In this document: positions 36,084-37,364 of the stretch, one piece after another | Layout: each line of letters starts with the position of its first letter | Numbering within the stretch: the first letter of the stretch is position 1 | Source: a virus | Taxonomy: Duplodnaviria > Caudoviricetes | DNA length: 37,364 bases | IMG/VR virus record: IMGVR_UViG_3300025000_000251 | Coordinates: 1-37,364 of that record | Reading direction: 5' to 3' (one strand) | Program-made: the position numbers and the translations under genes | The notes under the pieces: model-generated | The model's input: only the letters and a program-made list of their open reading frames with translations | The model's database searches: none | Told to the model about the DNA's origin: nothing

Positions 36084-36629
36084 ATGAAAAGGTTTCTGTG
36101 TTTTGCCCCGCTGCTGATCGCGGTGGCCATGCTGACCGGTTGTGCCGGATCGAATGACACCAGCGCCGGCCTGGCCGATCAGTCCGTATCTGAGGATCAG
36201 ACGAAAGCGAAGCTGGCCTGTTACACCGCCCACCGGTCCAACCTGCCGGACATGAGTACCTGGCAGCCGGAGCAGATCGCCCAGTACGAACTGATCCAGA
36301 AGTTGGGTGACAGTAACAAGCTGCTGGCCAAGGTTTCCTTGGATCCGTGTGCGGACGCTGGTGGCACGAATGTTTATGACGCCAAGATCGCCCAGGTGAA
36401 AGAGGGCACGAAGCGGCAGAAAAATTGGATGGACCTTGGCAAAGATGTGGCCGGCAAGGCGCTCTACGGGACGATCGCCGTCTTCGGTTTTGATTGGCTC
36501 AAGGATACGAACGACAAGGGCGACACGGTCATCCAGATCCCGGAAGACCAGGATCCCTTTCTCGATGATCCCCTCCTCGGCGACCCCCTCACCGGGACCG
36601 ACGTCAACATCCCCGAGGTAACTCTGTGA
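36084..36629 (+). CDS. Predicted lipoprotein
   Basis: GAGGAG SD; MKRFLCFAPLLIAVAMLTG-C lipobox; alternative start at 36078. Confidence 0.8.
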   Translation: MKRFLCFAPLLIAVAMLTGCAGSNDTSAGLADQSVSEDQTKAKLACYTAHRSNLPDMSTWQPEQIAQYELIQKLGDSNKLLAKVSLDPCADAGGTNVYDAKIAQVKEGTKRQKNWMDLGKDVAGKALYGTIAVFGFDWLKDTNDKGDTVIQIPEDQDPFLDDPLLGDPLTGTDVNIPEVTL

Positions 36630-36730
36630 TTCTGACGAGGATCATCAACACGCTGCTGGTTATCGTGGCCATCGAGCTGGCGGGTATCCTGTTTATGCTC
36701 GCAGCGCCAATGACCTGGCGGCCGTGGTGA
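36626..36730 (+). CDS. 34-aa single-TM microprotein
   Basis: My translation is MILTRIINTLLVIVAIELAGILFMLAAPMTWRPW*. GAGG SD and GTGA overlaps at both ends. Confidence 0.6.
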   Translation: MILTRIINTLLVIVAIELAGILFMLAAPMTWRPW

Positions 36731-36849
36731 TCACCTGCTCGCAATGCGGCATGAGGTACAAGGGAAGTTTCTGCCCGCTGTGCGGAATGACTGAAGACGA
36801 TGGTAGCGATGATGAACCAATGGGACCCCGATCACGATTACATACATAA
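36727..36849 (+). CDS. 40-aa zinc-ribbon microprotein
   Basis: My translation is MITCSQCGMRYKGSFCPLCGMTEDDGSDDEPMGPRSRLHT*. CxxCG...CPxCG pattern; GTGA-coupled start. Confidence 0.55.
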   Translation: MITCSQCGMRYKGSFCPLCGMTEDDGSDDEPMGPRSRLHT

Positions 36850-37078
36850 TCATCCCGTTGCGCTGTACCTCGAGGAGCATCATCGTGCCCCGTACTGGAG
36901 CCAGGCGATGGGGGTTATAGGAGTGCTTGAAGAAATGGGATGTATAAGTAATGACCCATACGGCCCGCCACCGAAAGACCGCGATCCTGTGGTAGTGAAA
37001 TTTAACATCGGCAAGATTGCCGCGCTAATCCGGAAGTGGCTGAGGAAAAAGGAAGAACGATGCGGCAAGCGGCGATAA
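36800..37078 (+). CDS. Hypothetical protein (about 90 aa)
   Basis: ORF in the rightward string; the start could be 36800, 36809 or 36812. Confidence 0.5.
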   Translation: MVAMMNQWDPDHDYIHNHPVALYLEEHHRAPYWSQAMGVIGVLEEMGCISNDPYGPPPKDRDPVVVKFNIGKIAALIRKWLRKKEERCGKRR

Positions 37079-37266
37079 TTATCATGCTGATCCTGGCAGG
37101 GTGTGCGCCGCGGGAAATGACCTGTGAGGATTATTTGATGGCCATCACGGGTGAAAAAATTGAATGTCCAAAACAAGGAGAACCAAATGAACGCATTTAC
37201 CCGGCAGATGATCATGATGATTGGCCCGATGATTCTGAAATCACTGATCAACAGCATGCTGAATGA
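37060..37266 (+). CDS. Small predicted lipoprotein
   Basis: AAGGA SD; MRQAAIIIMLILAG-C lipobox; two further Cys residues. Confidence 0.6.
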   Translation: MRQAAIIIMLILAGCAPREMTCEDYLMAITGEKIECPKQGEPNERIYPADDHDDWPDDSEITDQQHAE

Positions 37267-37364
37267 GAAGAAATTGCTCGAGTACCGTGACAAGATGATC
37301 GGCTTCATGCGCTCCCAGGCCGACAGGACCGCAAACGAGATTGATGACATGGCCATAGAGGAGG
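37187..37364 (+). CDS. Partial hypothetical protein (runs off the window end)
   Basis: AAGGAG SD; my translation is MNAFTRQMIMMIGPMILKSLINSMLNEKKLLEYRDKMIGFMRSQADRTANEIDDMAIEE... Confidence 0.65.
   Translation, partial: MNAFTRQMIMMIGPMILKSLINSMLNEKKLLEYRDKMIGFMRSQADRTANEIDDMAIEE

Overview
This window is a fragment of a tailed phage or prophage genome, most likely a short-tailed (podovirus-type) temperate phage. Bases 1-5970 hold a leftward block of small accessory and regulatory genes. These include an ASCH/PUA-like protein, a multi-BRO antirepressor preceded by a C4-type antisense RNA cassette, two HTH genes with apparent frameshifts, and an 82-aa protein whose C-terminal third resembles a helix of the major capsid protein. 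After an AT-rich divergent region (about 5970-6190), a rightward morphogenesis operon runs: small and large terminase, portal, scaffold, N4-gp56-like major capsid, decoration/adaptor/tail proteins, a repeat-shafted fibre and candidate ejection proteins. Next comes a 3651-aa polyvalent protein with two ADP-ribosyltransferase-like domains, two zincin-like peptidase motifs, a SAM-methyltransferase, a HIRAN domain and a PLxRFG region. The window ends in four lipoprotein genes and several micro-ORFs. The gene order resembles that of 933W/Phi24B-like podoviruses (from memory, not a search). I saw no integrase, replication gene, endolysin, tRNA or CRISPR array. All family assignments come from motif recognition by eye; no database search was run.
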